Shown here piece after piece: positions 38,942-48,282 of a DNA stretch of 56,375 nucleotides. Below the pieces are notes generated by a model that was given only the letters and a program-made list of their open reading frames with translations, did not search any database and was not told the origin of the DNA. A program made the position numbers and the translations under genes. The stretch is from a virus. Lineage: Duplodnaviria > Caudoviricetes. Numbering within the stretch: position 1 is the first letter of the stretch; every line of letters begins with the position of its first letter. The stretch covers positions 1 to 56,375 of the IMG/VR virus record IMGVR_UViG_3300045922_001059; one strand, written 5' to 3'.

Positions 38942-40239
38942 CGCGGGGTATTCTTTTTGAGGCGTTCGAGTTCGGCGAACCGGGCGCGGATCTTGGCCAC
39001 GACATGCCCGGGCAGGCCGCGCGTGGCCGCGAACTGCTTCAGTTCGGCCTCGGTCATGGTCGGGATCCGGGCCGCCAGCTCCTGCTGGCGGCGGAGGTTG
39101 CGCGCCATCACGGCGGACGGGGTCAGGCGCGGCGGGGCCGAGCGCACGACCCGCACTGACGGGTACGTCGGGCGGGGGCGCGTCAGGTCCAGGCCCGGGC
39201 GCGGGGGCGCGCCGCCGCGGCGGCGGATGACCCCGCCGCGCACACGCACCATCTCGGTCGCCCCGTAGCGGCCGACCCGCCCTTTCCGCACCTGCCGCCA
39301 CATGGTCTCGATACTCTGTTCGGCCTGGAGCCGGTCCTGGACCTTCTGCTGCCACGACGGCCCGGCGGCGCGCTGGCCGCGGGCAATGATGTCGCCGAGG
39401 ACATCCCGCTCGGCCACCGGCCGCAGCGCGCTGCGCCGCGCCGGGCCCGTTACCGGCAGCCCGAGGCGGCCGAACAGGCCACGCGCCCACTGCTGGACCC
39501 GCGCGTCGATCCGGTCGATCCACCCGGGCCCGGTCCACGTCTGCGCCAGGCGGGCCTGCAGGCTTTGCATGTCCCGGGCGATCCGGGCGTGATCCGCCGC
39601 GGTCGTTGCCGCGATGCGGGCCGACTTGAGGGCCGCCTCCTGGCGGAGGATCTCCTCCGGGATATTCGCGACCCCCGTGACCCGGCCCGCCAGGCGCTCG
39701 ATCTGCCCGGCGGCGGCCGTCCGCAGCCCCTGCGCGACGTTCCCCACGGCCTGCCCGGCCCGCCGGCCGACCAGCCCGCGCCCGAAGCGCACGGCCGAGA
39801 CCAGCCCGCGGACGGTCTGCGCCCGCAGCCACTGGGCCGCCCGATGGCCCGCGCGGGTGCGGAGCGACAGGTAGCCCGCCGGGAGCGCGACCGCGGCCGT
39901 CCCGAGCCCGAGCAGCGCCAGCTGCGCGAGCGCCCGGCGCCGGGCCTCCGCCTCCCGGCGGACGACCTGCGCCTGTGGGCGCACCCCGCCCTTCCCGACG
40001 CCGGCGGTGTAGCCGGCCGCCTGCAAGAGCGCGCTCGCCTCCCGCTGGCGCTGCGCCACTTCGGGGGGCCGCCCGACGCGCACCTTGCCCGTGCTCCGGC
40101 GGTTCGCCAGCCGGGTCAGCCACTCCCGGCCCCAGGTGAAGGGGTTGCGGCGCGCCCAGAACGTCGCCGCCCGCGGCGCCGGCCCCTCGCTGAGCTTCGC
40201 CATCACCGCTTTGCGCTGGTCGTCGCTGGTAAATTTCAT
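38938..40239 (-). CDS. QRKAVMAKL-leader protein; Arg-rich with hydrophobic helix
   Basis: MKFTSDDQRKAVMAKL; LALLGLGTAAVALPAGYL. Confidence 0.75.
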   Translation of the reverse strand: MKFTSDDQRKAVMAKLSEGPAPRAATFWARRNPFTWGREWLTRLANRRSTGKVRVGRPPEVAQRQREASALLQAAGYTAGVGKGGVRPQAQVVRREAEARRRALAQLALLGLGTAAVALPAGYLSLRTRAGHRAAQWLRAQTVRGLVSAVRFGRGLVGRRAGQAVGNVAQGLRTAAAGQIERLAGRVTGVANIPEEILRQEAALKSARIAATTAADHARIARDMQSLQARLAQTWTGPGWIDRIDARVQQWARGLFGRLGLPVTGPARRSALRPVAERDVLGDIIARGQRAAGPSWQQKVQDRLQAEQSIETMWRQVRKGRVGRYGATEMVRVRGGVIRRRGGAPPRPGLDLTRPRPTYPSVRVVRSAPPRLTPSAVMARNLRRQQELAARIPTMTEAELKQFAATRGLPGHVVAKIRARFAELERLKKNTPR

Positions 40240-40808
40240 GCGCGTGCCTTCTGTTGCCCCGCCAGGAGCGCCGCGAGGTCCCGTTCAATCTCCCGCGCGC
40301 TGGCCGGGCGATACCCCAGGCGGTCGTACAGATCAACATCCGCCTGGCCAGCCCGCCAGGCGTCGATAAACCGCCGCGACAGGACCGACGACCACCCGCG
40401 CCCCTCCCGCTTCATGCGTCGCCACGCGGCCACGATCGGCCAGGTTCGCAACCGGTACCGGCGCGCGTCAGGCGGAATGGGCATGTCCGCGCGGTGCGCC
40501 CGCAGCGGGACATGGCGGCCACCCGGCGTATATTTCCGCTCGAACCCGACCACCACCACCGGCCGATCGCCCTGGCGCCGCAGCCACTGCCGGTACCGCC
40601 GCCGGGTGGCCAGGGACCATTCCGGCTCTTTCTGGCTGAAGTCGTCGAGGTCCTTAAAGCGGACCGCGGGGAACTGCCGCTGCAGCCGCCGCATGAGCGT
40701 GGTCTTCCCCGCCCCGGAAGGGCCGGCGATATGCACCAGGACCCTCCCCGGCCGGCGCGACAGCTTCGCCATCACCGCCTTGCGCTGGTCGTCCGACGTA
40801 AAGCGCAT
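40236..40808 (-). CDS. QRKAVMAKL-leader P-loop (kinase-like) protein
   Basis: MRFTSDDQRKAVMAKL; IAGPSGAGKTT; DLDD. Confidence 0.75.
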   Translation of the reverse strand: MRFTSDDQRKAVMAKLSRRPGRVLVHIAGPSGAGKTTLMRRLQRQFPAVRFKDLDDFSQKEPEWSLATRRRYRQWLRRQGDRPVVVVGFERKYTPGGRHVPLRAHRADMPIPPDARRYRLRTWPIVAAWRRMKREGRGWSSVLSRRFIDAWRAGQADVDLYDRLGYRPASAREIERDLAALLAGQQKARA

Positions 40809-40836
40809 CCCCTCCCCCACCGCGACGGCCCGGCCG

Positions 40837-41007
40837 TCAACGCTTCAGCTGCTTGACGCGCTCGATGAAGGCCTTGAGCGCCTCCACCTGGTTAGCCAAC
40901 TCGTCCAACCCCAGCGGGATGGGGGACCGGTCGTTCGTCACCCGGGCCGCGGTTTTGGACAGCGCGATCACCTTGTTCGTCAACGTCTGCCTGTCACGCG
41001 CACGCAT
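40837..41007 (-). CDS. Small helical hypothetical protein
   Basis: 56 aa from ATG 41007 with GAGGA RBS. Confidence 0.45.
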   Translation of the reverse strand: MRARDRQTLTNKVIALSKTAARVTNDRSPIPLGLDELANQVEALKAFIERVKQLKR

Positions 41008-41656
41008 ACGCCTGTTCCTCCAGCGGGTGTTCGGTTCGCAGCACCTCAAGGACGAGATGGCAGGGGCCGGCCCCTTGCCGCGGGTCGGTCTGGGCGATCT
41101 CCCGCACGATCTGCCACCCGCTGCCGGTAAACCACCCGCGGACCTCCGCCGCGGTGAAGTCGTGCAGGTGGAAGGGGTTGCGCCCGGTAGTGGGCACGAT
41201 CGGGACCGAGAAGTAGATCACCCGCCGGGCGCAGGCCTTGAGCTGGGTGACAAACCGCCACGGGCGCTCCAGGTGCTCGGCCGTCGCGAACGACACCGCC
41301 ACGTCGCAGCGGGGGAGCCGCACCGCGTCGAGGTTGCCCTCGAGGTAGACCGTCCGGACCGTCCCGTACCGCCGCTCGGCCTCCTCAAGCACCGCCGGGT
41401 CGTTGTCGATGCCGACGACCATATGGCAGTACCTGCTCAGCAGCGCGCTCCCGTACCCGCACCCACAGGCGGCGTCGAGCACGACGTCGTCCCACCGCAG
41501 CCGCTCACAGGCGAAACGGTACCGCTCCACATGCAGGCGCAGGTCCGGGTCGCCCGGCGACATCCGGAACGGGGAGATCCGCTCCGCCTGCCGACCCCAG
41601 GCACGCAGGAGTCGGCGGGCGCGGTCGGGCAGCGGCCGCGTCATCGCCCGGGTCAT
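40994..41656 (-). CDS. Class I SAM-dependent methyltransferase
   Basis: HVERYRFA, VLDAACGCGYG, GID, EHL, NPFH. Confidence 0.85.
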   Translation of the reverse strand: MTRAMTRPLPDRARRLLRAWGRQAERISPFRMSPGDPDLRLHVERYRFACERLRWDDVVLDAACGCGYGSALLSRYCHMVVGIDNDPAVLEEAERRYGTVRTVYLEGNLDAVRLPRCDVAVSFATAEHLERPWRFVTQLKACARRVIYFSVPIVPTTGRNPFHLHDFTAAEVRGWFTGSGWQIVREIAQTDPRQGAGPCHLVLEVLRTEHPLEEQAYACA

Positions 41657-41868
41657 GTCGACGCCCCGCGCGGGGCAGGCTCAAACGCCCCGGTCCAGTT
41701 CCGCCGCCGCGCCTTCTCGATAAACGTCCGCACGGTCTCCCCGACCAGTTCCGTGGCCGAGATCCGCATCCCGTCCTTGTGAAAATACGGCGGGTCGGCG
41801 TTGACGACCGGCGTGAACCCCCGGGCGATCAGGTAGTCTTGAATGCTCTCGTAATGCGTCGTCGGCAT
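41653..41868 (-). CDS. Hypothetical protein
   Basis: 71 aa, AAGGGGG RBS, stop overlaps next start. Confidence 0.5.
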   Translation of the reverse strand: MPTTHYESIQDYLIARGFTPVVNADPPYFHKDGMRISATELVGETVRTFIEKARRRNWTGAFEPAPRGAST

Positions 41869-41886
41869 CAGTCCCCCTTGACATCG

Positions 41887-42525
41887 CTACTGGCGCGCGG
41901 CCTGCCGGAGGCGCTTGCGCGCCGCCTGCTCCAGCTGGCTGACGCGCCCCGGACTCAGTCGCAATTTCTTTGCCACCTGCCGCACGGTCCACGGCTCCGG
42001 CCGCAGGTGGCCGTTCGCCCAGTACCGGAGCCGCATCACCCGCGCCTGCTGCGCAGGGAGGGCCAGGACCCGTTTGCGGAGGTGGGCGACGGACGCCCGC
42101 AGGTGGGCGGCGTCGATGCCGCCCGTCTGGCCCTCCCGCGCCGCCGTGTCCAGCGACACGACCGTCTGCTTGTGGGCCTTCGTCAGCCGCTTCTCCGGCA
42201 CGCGGACCGTGAACCCCTGCCCGAGCGCCCGCTGGATGTGCGCCCGGATCCAGGGGGTCGCGTAGGTCGAGAACCGCCCGCGCTTCGGGTTGTACTTGTC
42301 CGCCGCGCGGATCAGCCCGACCGTCCCTTCCTGCACGAGGGCGTCGTAGTCCACCCCCGCCTTGCGGAACCGTCGGGCCACCTTGTGCACCAGGCCCTGG
42401 TTCGCCATGACCAGGGCGTTGCGGGCGGCCAGTTTGCCCTCCCCGCGCAGCTTCGCCATGACCGCCTTGCGTTGTGCGTCGCTGCGGAAGCGGCCCCGGC
42501 GCGTGGTCGGAGTGCGGCGGGTCAC
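41887..42525 (-). CDS. Sigma-70-family factor (regions 2 and 4) carrying the QRKAVMAKL leader
   Basis: NQGLVHKVARRF, LVQEGTVGLIRAADKY, RFSTYATPWIR; HTH WTVRQVAKKLRLSPGRVSQLE; likely GTG start 42525 overlapping upstream TGA. Confidence 0.85.
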   Translation of the reverse strand: MTRRTPTTRRGRFRSDAQRKAVMAKLRGEGKLAARNALVMANQGLVHKVARRFRKAGVDYDALVQEGTVGLIRAADKYNPKRGRFSTYATPWIRAHIQRALGQGFTVRVPEKRLTKAHKQTVVSLDTAAREGQTGGIDAAHLRASVAHLRKRVLALPAQQARVMRLRYWANGHLRPEPWTVRQVAKKLRLSPGRVSQLEQAARKRLRQAARQ

Positions 42526-42788
42526 TGCGGCCCCCGTGGGGAGTGCCTCAGGAGGGCCACGGCGTCGGCGACCGCGCCTTTCAGCGCGAAACACTGCCGG
42601 ACGATGTCGTCAAACCGCTCACGTGCCACCCGCATCTCCCGGCTCTCGCCGTTGAGGTGCGCCGGGTCCGCGCACGCCGCGCGGATCTCGACGTACTGCC
42701 GGTCCAGCTCCGCCAGCAGGGCCCCGAGGAGCGCGGGGAGCTGTTCGGAGACCCCCTCCGGGGGCGGTTGCATCTCTACGCACATCAT
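42522..42788 (-). CDS. Hypothetical helical protein
   Basis: Start reassigned to ATG 42788 (GGAGGG RBS). Confidence 0.5.
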   Translation of the reverse strand: MMCVEMQPPPEGVSEQLPALLGALLAELDRQYVEIRAACADPAHLNGESREMRVARERFDDIVRQCFALKGAVADAVALLRHSPRGPQ

Positions 42789-43525
42789 TATTCCCCTCCG
42801 CGCATCTGCCGGTGCATCAGGGAGACCTTGCGAGGCCGCACGGGCGCGCCGGTATGGCGCGCGAGGAGCCAGCGGCGCGCCCGCCGGTTCCACCGCAGGA
42901 CCTCCTGCTCCAGGCGCGCGAGCGGCCGATCGACGGCCTGCAGGACCGCCGGCGCGACCCGGCGCTGGAGCCGGCCGATCTGCTTCCCGACCCGCACCTT
43001 CGCCAGCCGGGCGAGGTCGTCGATCTGCTGCAAGGTCTCCCCCTGGCGGCCAAACAGCCGCCAGAGACTGAACCGCTCCGCCGCGTTCGCGAGCCGGCGG
43101 GCTGCCCCGCGCCTGACCGCCACCGAGAGCTTGGCCAGCGGCGGGACCCCGTGGATCTTCCTGGTGGAGCCGAACAGCTTGGGCCCGACCCATGGGACCG
43201 ACGCCCAAAACGCTTCGCGATCCTGCGGCGGGCGGCTGTAGACCCACGCCCAGATCGACCGCGGCTGCCCGCCGATCTTCGCCGTATACCCGACCAGCCC
43301 GCTCGGGCGCAGGAGCGTCGCGAGCCCGGCCCGCTTGGAGCGCGCCAGGGCTAACACGCCGAGGCTGCCCAGGGCGGCGGCCCCGGCCAGGAGCCGCGCC
43401 CGGTTCCGGCGGGCGCGGGACCCGGGGCCGCGCAGCGGGAGGTACCACCGCCGGCGCGGGTCCCGCGCCCGGGCGAAAAACGCCCGGCGCTGCGCGTCCG
43501 TGGCGAACCGAGTGGACCCGGTCAC
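42788..43525 (-). CDS. Arg-rich protein with divergent leader (RFATDAQRRAFFAR)
   Basis: Leader variant; LLAGAAALGSLGVLALA. Confidence 0.65.
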   Translation of the reverse strand: MTGSTRFATDAQRRAFFARARDPRRRWYLPLRGPGSRARRNRARLLAGAAALGSLGVLALARSKRAGLATLLRPSGLVGYTAKIGGQPRSIWAWVYSRPPQDREAFWASVPWVGPKLFGSTRKIHGVPPLAKLSVAVRRGAARRLANAAERFSLWRLFGRQGETLQQIDDLARLAKVRVGKQIGRLQRRVAPAVLQAVDRPLARLEQEVLRWNRRARRWLLARHTGAPVRPRKVSLMHRQMRGGE

Positions 43526-43782
43526 TCTGCGTCCTCCGCCGTCAGGCGGCCCAGCAGGCGGATGAGGCGATCAATGGTAAAACGCCCCAGTTTGGCCCGG
43601 CGGATGCGTGAGAGGTCACTGGCCCAGAGCCCTGTCTGCCGGGCCACCTCTCGCAGCGACCCGCCGCGGCGGGCGAGGGCCGCGCAGATGCGTGCAGCCA
43701 ACAGGCTCTTCCACTGCTCGACCTCGGCATCTGGCACCCGCAGATCGCGAAAGACGTTCCCGCTCCCTCGGATCAGCCGCAT
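43522..43782 (-). CDS. XRE/HTH_37 (HigA2-like) DNA-binding protein
   Basis: GSGNVFRDL...DLSRI...RFTIDRLIRLL. Confidence 0.8.
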   Translation of the reverse strand: MRLIRGSGNVFRDLRVPDAEVEQWKSLLAARICAALARRGGSLREVARQTGLWASDLSRIRRAKLGRFTIDRLIRLLGRLTAEDAE

Positions 43783-43783
43783 G

Positions 43784-44602
43784 TTACCCCCCGGACTGCC
43801 ACACCAGATCGAGGCCGGTAATAGGCGTCTGCAGCGTGATCTGTTTGAACCGAATACGGTTGGCCGTCGTCGGCTCGATCCCCGCCCTGCGGAGCAGGTC
43901 GTCGATCTCCTCGTTGGAGGCGGTCATGTAACTCTTGCCGGTCCGTAAAGTCTCCTGGATGGCCCGGTTCACCGCCTCCTTCCACTTCAAGGCCTGCGCC
44001 TCCCGGCGCAGCCGGCGGTGTTCCCGCACCAGTTGCTCCAGGCGGGCCTTGTACGCCTCGCGCCGCGCGAGGTGCGCCTCGTACCCCGGCGTCCCCCCGC
44101 TGCCGCGGGTGCGGGTGCTCTCGTACTTCGGCAGCCCGAGCAGCCGCTCCTGCATTCCCCGCGCCTTCTCGGCCAGGCGCACCGTCAGGCCTGCCTGGGC
44201 CTGGCCGAGCCGCTTGGCGGCCAGGTGTTCTATCCGGGCTACTCGCTTGTCCATCTCGCTTGCCAGGGCCCCCTCGGCCCACGAAAACGGGTAGTCAATA
44301 GCGCCGGCGACGATGTCCTCCACCGGGACCTGGCGGGCCTTCTCGAGCGCCCAGTCCGCGGTCCCCCGCCCCAGCGCCTCGGCCTTCTCGACCGCCTGCC
44401 GCGCCTTCTCGACCGCCTGGCCGCCATAGCTCGCGGCCGTCGCCAGCCCGCCGGCCGCGACCGCCAGGGCCTTCTTCGCCAGCGGCGTCCCGCGCATGCG
44501 GTAGGCCAGGACGCCGGCCGTGCCCGCGATCGCCGCGCCCAGGGCGGCCCGCTTCAGTTTCGCCATCACCGCCTTTCGCTGTTCTTCAGACTGCCAACGC
44601 AT
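43784..44602 (-). CDS. QRKAVMAKL-leader protein with Ala/Gly hydrophobic helices and coiled coil
   Basis: MRWQSEEQRKAVMAKL. Confidence 0.75.
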   Translation of the reverse strand: MRWQSEEQRKAVMAKLKRAALGAAIAGTAGVLAYRMRGTPLAKKALAVAAGGLATAASYGGQAVEKARQAVEKAEALGRGTADWALEKARQVPVEDIVAGAIDYPFSWAEGALASEMDKRVARIEHLAAKRLGQAQAGLTVRLAEKARGMQERLLGLPKYESTRTRGSGGTPGYEAHLARREAYKARLEQLVREHRRLRREAQALKWKEAVNRAIQETLRTGKSYMTASNEEIDDLLRRAGIEPTTANRIRFKQITLQTPITGLDLVWQSGG

Positions 44603-44605
44603 TTC

Positions 44606-45499
44606 TCACCCCCTGTGTTCCTGTTCCCGCGCCCGGCGCCGGGCGCGGAGGTGCAGCAGCAGGGCGGCCGTGGGCACCGCGGCCAGCTGCAACGGGACCT
44701 TGACCCGCGTGATACGCCAGTCCAGGCGCGGGTAGATGTACCGCCACCGGTACCGCTCCCGTAACTTGTGCGCGAGCTTCGCCACGGCGGCTGCCCGGGC
44801 CGGGCCGACCAGGAACTGCCGCCGGTACGGCTTGATGACCTTGCCGCGGCCCACGATCCGCGCGGCCGCCTGCAGAATCCGCGCCTCCTTGCGCGCCGCC
44901 AGCGTGCGCGTCATCCAGGGCTGGAGTTTTTCCGTCAGCCCGATCCCGATCCCCATGAGACCGCCCCCAATCGCCAGGCGGCGGGCCTGCCGGATGTCTG
45001 GATCGTCCTTCCGTTTTTTGTTCAGCAATTTGCGGGCGGCCAGAAACCCCGTGGTGGCGAGCACCGAGAGCGGCAGAGTGTGGCCGGCAAAGAAGCGCGC
45101 GTGGGTCTTCCAGGTCTGCGGCTCGCCGAAGAGCGGGCGCGTCGCGCCCCCGACGGTATGCAGAATCGCCCGCTCGGTAAAAAACGTGCCCGCCCCCAAC
45201 CCGGCAATGCCCCCGAGCGCCTTCCAGTTCATCTTTTTGCGTTTCTCACGGACCCGCGGCGAGAGCAGCCAGGGGACAGAATAGGTCGTGAGCGGCACGG
45301 CATAGAGCCAGGCTCGCGTCGGCGGGACGTGCGAGACGCTCGGGTGCATCACCGTCGCCAGCGACCCCGCGACCGGGAGCCCACCGACTGTAGCCCGCGC
45401 CGCGGGGCTGAGCTGGCGCCAGCGCCGCCAGAGCGCGCGTCGCCCCGCCTGTAACTTCGCCATCACCGCCTTACGCTGCCGCTCCGACGTAAAGCGCAT
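44606..45499 (-). CDS. QRKAVMAKL-leader multi-pass membrane-like protein (paralog of 45499..46227)
   Basis: ATG 45499 MRFTSERQRKAVMAKL; several hydrophobic segments. Confidence 0.75.
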   Translation of the reverse strand: MRFTSERQRKAVMAKLQAGRRALWRRWRQLSPAARATVGGLPVAGSLATVMHPSVSHVPPTRAWLYAVPLTTYSVPWLLSPRVREKRKKMNWKALGGIAGLGAGTFFTERAILHTVGGATRPLFGEPQTWKTHARFFAGHTLPLSVLATTGFLAARKLLNKKRKDDPDIRQARRLAIGGGLMGIGIGLTEKLQPWMTRTLAARKEARILQAAARIVGRGKVIKPYRRQFLVGPARAAAVAKLAHKLRERYRWRYIYPRLDWRITRVKVPLQLAAVPTAALLLHLRARRRAREQEHRG

Positions 45500-46227
45500 T
45501 ACCGACCTCCCTTCCGGCGGGCGCGATAGCGGCGGTAGGTGAGGACTGCGGCGGCGGCCGGGATTGCGCCGATCTGCGCGGCCTTGATGGCCCCCTTCAG
45601 CCACGGCCGCGCGGGCAGGAAGTGCTCGGCCGTGAGCAGCCCCAGATTCGTCCCGAACCCCACGAGCGCCAGGGTCCGCGCGCGCCGGGCAGCCTCGCCC
45701 TTGTCACGTTTCATCAAGTGGTACCCGGCCCCGATGCCGGAGGCCGCCAGCACCCCCAGCGGCACCCCGTGCGTCAACAGCCAGGCGATCCGGCGCTTGT
45801 GGAGCCGGCCCCACGCGCCCAGGTGCCGCTCCGGGACGAAGGTCGGCACGGAGTGTAACAGCGCCCGCTCCCCGAAGAACGTCCCTACCCCCGCCGCGGC
45901 GAGCCCGGCGAGCGTTTTCCCTTCCCGCTTGATCGTGCGCGCCAGGGACTCCCCCCGCCGCCGCGCAAGCGCGTAGGCCGACGCCGGGGCCAGCGCGTAG
46001 GCGCCCATGTGCGGACCGTACTGCCGCAGGAGCATGGACCGGGGCGCGTGAATCACGGCCGGCCGCGTCGCCGCCACCAGCGCGCCGCCCACCGTCGCTG
46101 CCTTCACCCAGCCAGGCGCCTCACGGACCCGCCGCTGGGCCGCCCGGACGGAACGCCGGAGCGACTGCCGCCCCGCCTGCAGCCTCGCCATGACGGCTTT
46201 GCGTTGTCGCTCTGACCGAAAGACCAC
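45499..46227 (-). CDS. QRKAVMARL-leader multi-pass membrane-like protein
   Basis: MVFRSERQRKAVMARL; GVGTFFGERALLHSV matches GAGTFFTERAILHTV of the neighbour. Confidence 0.75.
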   Translation of the reverse strand: MVFRSERQRKAVMARLQAGRQSLRRSVRAAQRRVREAPGWVKAATVGGALVAATRPAVIHAPRSMLLRQYGPHMGAYALAPASAYALARRRGESLARTIKREGKTLAGLAAAGVGTFFGERALLHSVPTFVPERHLGAWGRLHKRRIAWLLTHGVPLGVLAASGIGAGYHLMKRDKGEAARRARTLALVGFGTNLGLLTAEHFLPARPWLKGAIKAAQIGAIPAAAAVLTYRRYRARRKGGR

Positions 46228-46833
46228 CTACCTGACACGCATCAGGGCTCGGGGCCCCCGTCGGACAATCCACTGGCTCACCGCCCGCCGGCCAGCGCGA
46301 TAGACCTTAGACACACCGCGAGAGACGGACCGCGGAAGGACAAAAGGCCGTGGCCGCGCGAGAAGGGCGACCGCGCGATGGGCCGGCATCGTCGCGATCA
46401 GTATGCCTCCCGCCAGCGCTCCAGCCTTTGGGGCGGAGAGCTCCCGTGACCCCTGCCGTTTGCGGAGGCGGGCGACTCCTTCCCCTAACAGGGCCCCCGC
46501 CCCGAGCCCTGCCCCCCAGACCGTCGCGAGCCGGCCCATCACGCGGGCAATGAGCGCGTTGTTGCGCGTGCGGACCCACTTTCTCGGTTGCCTCACTTCC
46601 TGCATTTCGATCACCGGGGGGACCCACGGCCGATTCTTCAGCGTCCGGATCACCCAGGGGACAAACTGCCGCGGCAGAGACCGATACCGGATCCGCTCAA
46701 GTGCCGCACGGGTCCTGAGCACCCGCCCGGCGCCGAACCCGACCGCCCCGAGCCCTCCCACCAGCGCCGCGACCTTCAGCTGGTGCCGCAGGCGCTGCCG
46801 CGCAGATTGCTGCCGTCTCGGTGTAGACATCAT
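46228..46833 (-). CDS. Arg-rich protein with Gly-rich hydrophobic segments
   Basis: VAALVGGLGAVGFGAG; WGAGLGAGALLG. Confidence 0.6.
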   Translation of the reverse strand: MMSTPRRQQSARQRLRHQLKVAALVGGLGAVGFGAGRVLRTRAALERIRYRSLPRQFVPWVIRTLKNRPWVPPVIEMQEVRQPRKWVRTRNNALIARVMGRLATVWGAGLGAGALLGEGVARLRKRQGSRELSAPKAGALAGGILIATMPAHRAVALLARPRPFVLPRSVSRGVSKVYRAGRRAVSQWIVRRGPRALMRVR

Positions 46834-46847
46834 CGCTTGCCCCCTCT

Positions 46848-47288
46848 CTACCTGGTGATCACTGTCACTGGACGGACTTCACGTTGTTGCCACGCCAGGT
46901 TTCGTCGTTGGCCGGACTGCCGCGCCAGGGGCATCCCGACGTACCCGATCCCTAACCCCGCCAGGACCCCCCGGATCGTGCGCAGCCGCTGGAGCGCGCG
47001 CCGCCGCGCCCGCGAGAGGCGTAATGCCTTACGGACCGCCCGCGTGTACGTCCCCCGCCGCCGGAGCACGGCCTCGGTCGGCACCAGTCGCCGCAGTTCC
47101 CGGCTGACGGCCGACCATTCCAGGGCCCGCTGGTGCGCCCGCAGGGCGCGGCCGCGCGCGCCGCGGACCGCCAGGGTCATCCCGGCCAGGGCCGCGCCGA
47201 CCCCGAGCGCCCGGCGGAGCGTGGACCATAGCGCCGGCCGGCGGGCCGTCGAGCGGCGGTAGCGCTGGAGTACGCCGGGGGAGTTCAT
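46848..47288 (-). CDS. Arg-rich protein with two hydrophobic segments
   Basis: ATG 47288 overlapping upstream stop. Confidence 0.55.
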   Translation of the reverse strand: MNSPGVLQRYRRSTARRPALWSTLRRALGVGAALAGMTLAVRGARGRALRAHQRALEWSAVSRELRRLVPTEAVLRRRGTYTRAVRKALRLSRARRRALQRLRTIRGVLAGLGIGYVGMPLARQSGQRRNLAWQQREVRPVTVITR

Positions 47289-47716
47289 CGGAGTGACGAG
47301 CCGAGGCCTTTGGCAAGGCTCTTCAAGGCAGGCCTGGCCGCGCGCCACAACACCTGCGCCCGGCGTTTCGGGAAGACGAAGAGCGCGCGCAGGCCACGGC
47401 CCAGTCGCTGCGCCCCGTACTGCTTCCCGCGGGGCGCCAGCATCTGCCGCACGATGTCCTCGTAGTCCTCGATCGTGCCGAAGAACCGCCGCACCCGCGC
47501 CCGGGTCGCGGCACTCCAGTCCGGGAGCTTCTGGAGCGCCTTATATGTGCCGTACAGCACCGCCACGTCACGCACGGCCTGCTGCACCTCCGGGTCGCGG
47601 ACCTGCCCGGCCAGATAGCGCCCCGCCGCCGAGCGCCGGAGCTTGGCGAAGATCGCCCGCCACTGCGCCCGCGTGCGCCGCACCCTGGTCCACCGCCGTG
47701 TTCGTGTCCTATTCAT
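47285..47716 (-). CDS. Arg-rich protein with possible divergent leader (TRAQWRAIFAKL)
   Basis: ATG 47716 overlapping upstream stop. Confidence 0.6.
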   Translation of the reverse strand: MNRTRTRRWTRVRRTRAQWRAIFAKLRRSAAGRYLAGQVRDPEVQQAVRDVAVLYGTYKALQKLPDWSAATRARVRRFFGTIEDYEDIVRQMLAPRGKQYGAQRLGRGLRALFVFPKRRAQVLWRAARPALKSLAKGLGSSLR

Positions 47717-48282
47717 GTCCTGAACCCAAAAAATCGCCACACCCGTTTCCGGATGCCGCCGGGGTGTGACAGGAACCCCGCACGGATCATCCCAGACCCA
47801 ATCCGTTCGACTGCCAGTCCGCCCAGCCCGACCACGACACCAATCTTCCCCGCCGTGAGCCCGCGCGACCCTAAGCGTACCCGGTCACCAAACCGCGCCA
47901 CCATCCGCGCCCGCGCGATGCGTTTGGGGTGCGCCGCGACCCAGGCTGCCGCCCGGCGCGCCGCTCTCCGTCCCCAGTCCGCGACGGCGCCGCCAACCCG
48001 TTCGGCGGCGTACCCGACCGCAGGCACCCGGCGGCCGATGCCCGAGAGCTCGTAGAGTCGCCGGGCGCCCTGGCCGAAATGGTACGGGCTCCGGTACAGG
48101 CCCGCATTCGCAAGGTACCGGGCCCCCTCATGTAGCCCGAGGGCCCCAAGCCCGAGACCGGCAACCCCAACGCCCGCCCGCTTCACCCACTTCCCTGTCG
48201 CGTGCGTCCGGAACCCGTACCGGATCATGCGGTTCGCCGCCCCCCGAGACCGTGACTGCCGCCGTGCCCGCGTCTTGTTCAT
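47713..48282 (-). CDS. Arg-rich protein with Gly-zipper segments
   Basis: GGAGG RBS before ATG 48282; GVGVAGLGLGALG. Confidence 0.6.
   Translation of the reverse strand: MNKTRARRQSRSRGAANRMIRYGFRTHATGKWVKRAGVGVAGLGLGALGLHEGARYLANAGLYRSPYHFGQGARRLYELSGIGRRVPAVGYAAERVGGAVADWGRRAARRAAAWVAAHPKRIARARMVARFGDRVRLGSRGLTAGKIGVVVGLGGLAVERIGSGMIRAGFLSHPGGIRKRVWRFFGFRT

Noticed and set aside
38501-40339. 612-aa minus-strand ORF
   Set aside because: The upstream part overlaps the tagged gene 38938..40239 in another frame; only the segment from ATG 38941 looks real.
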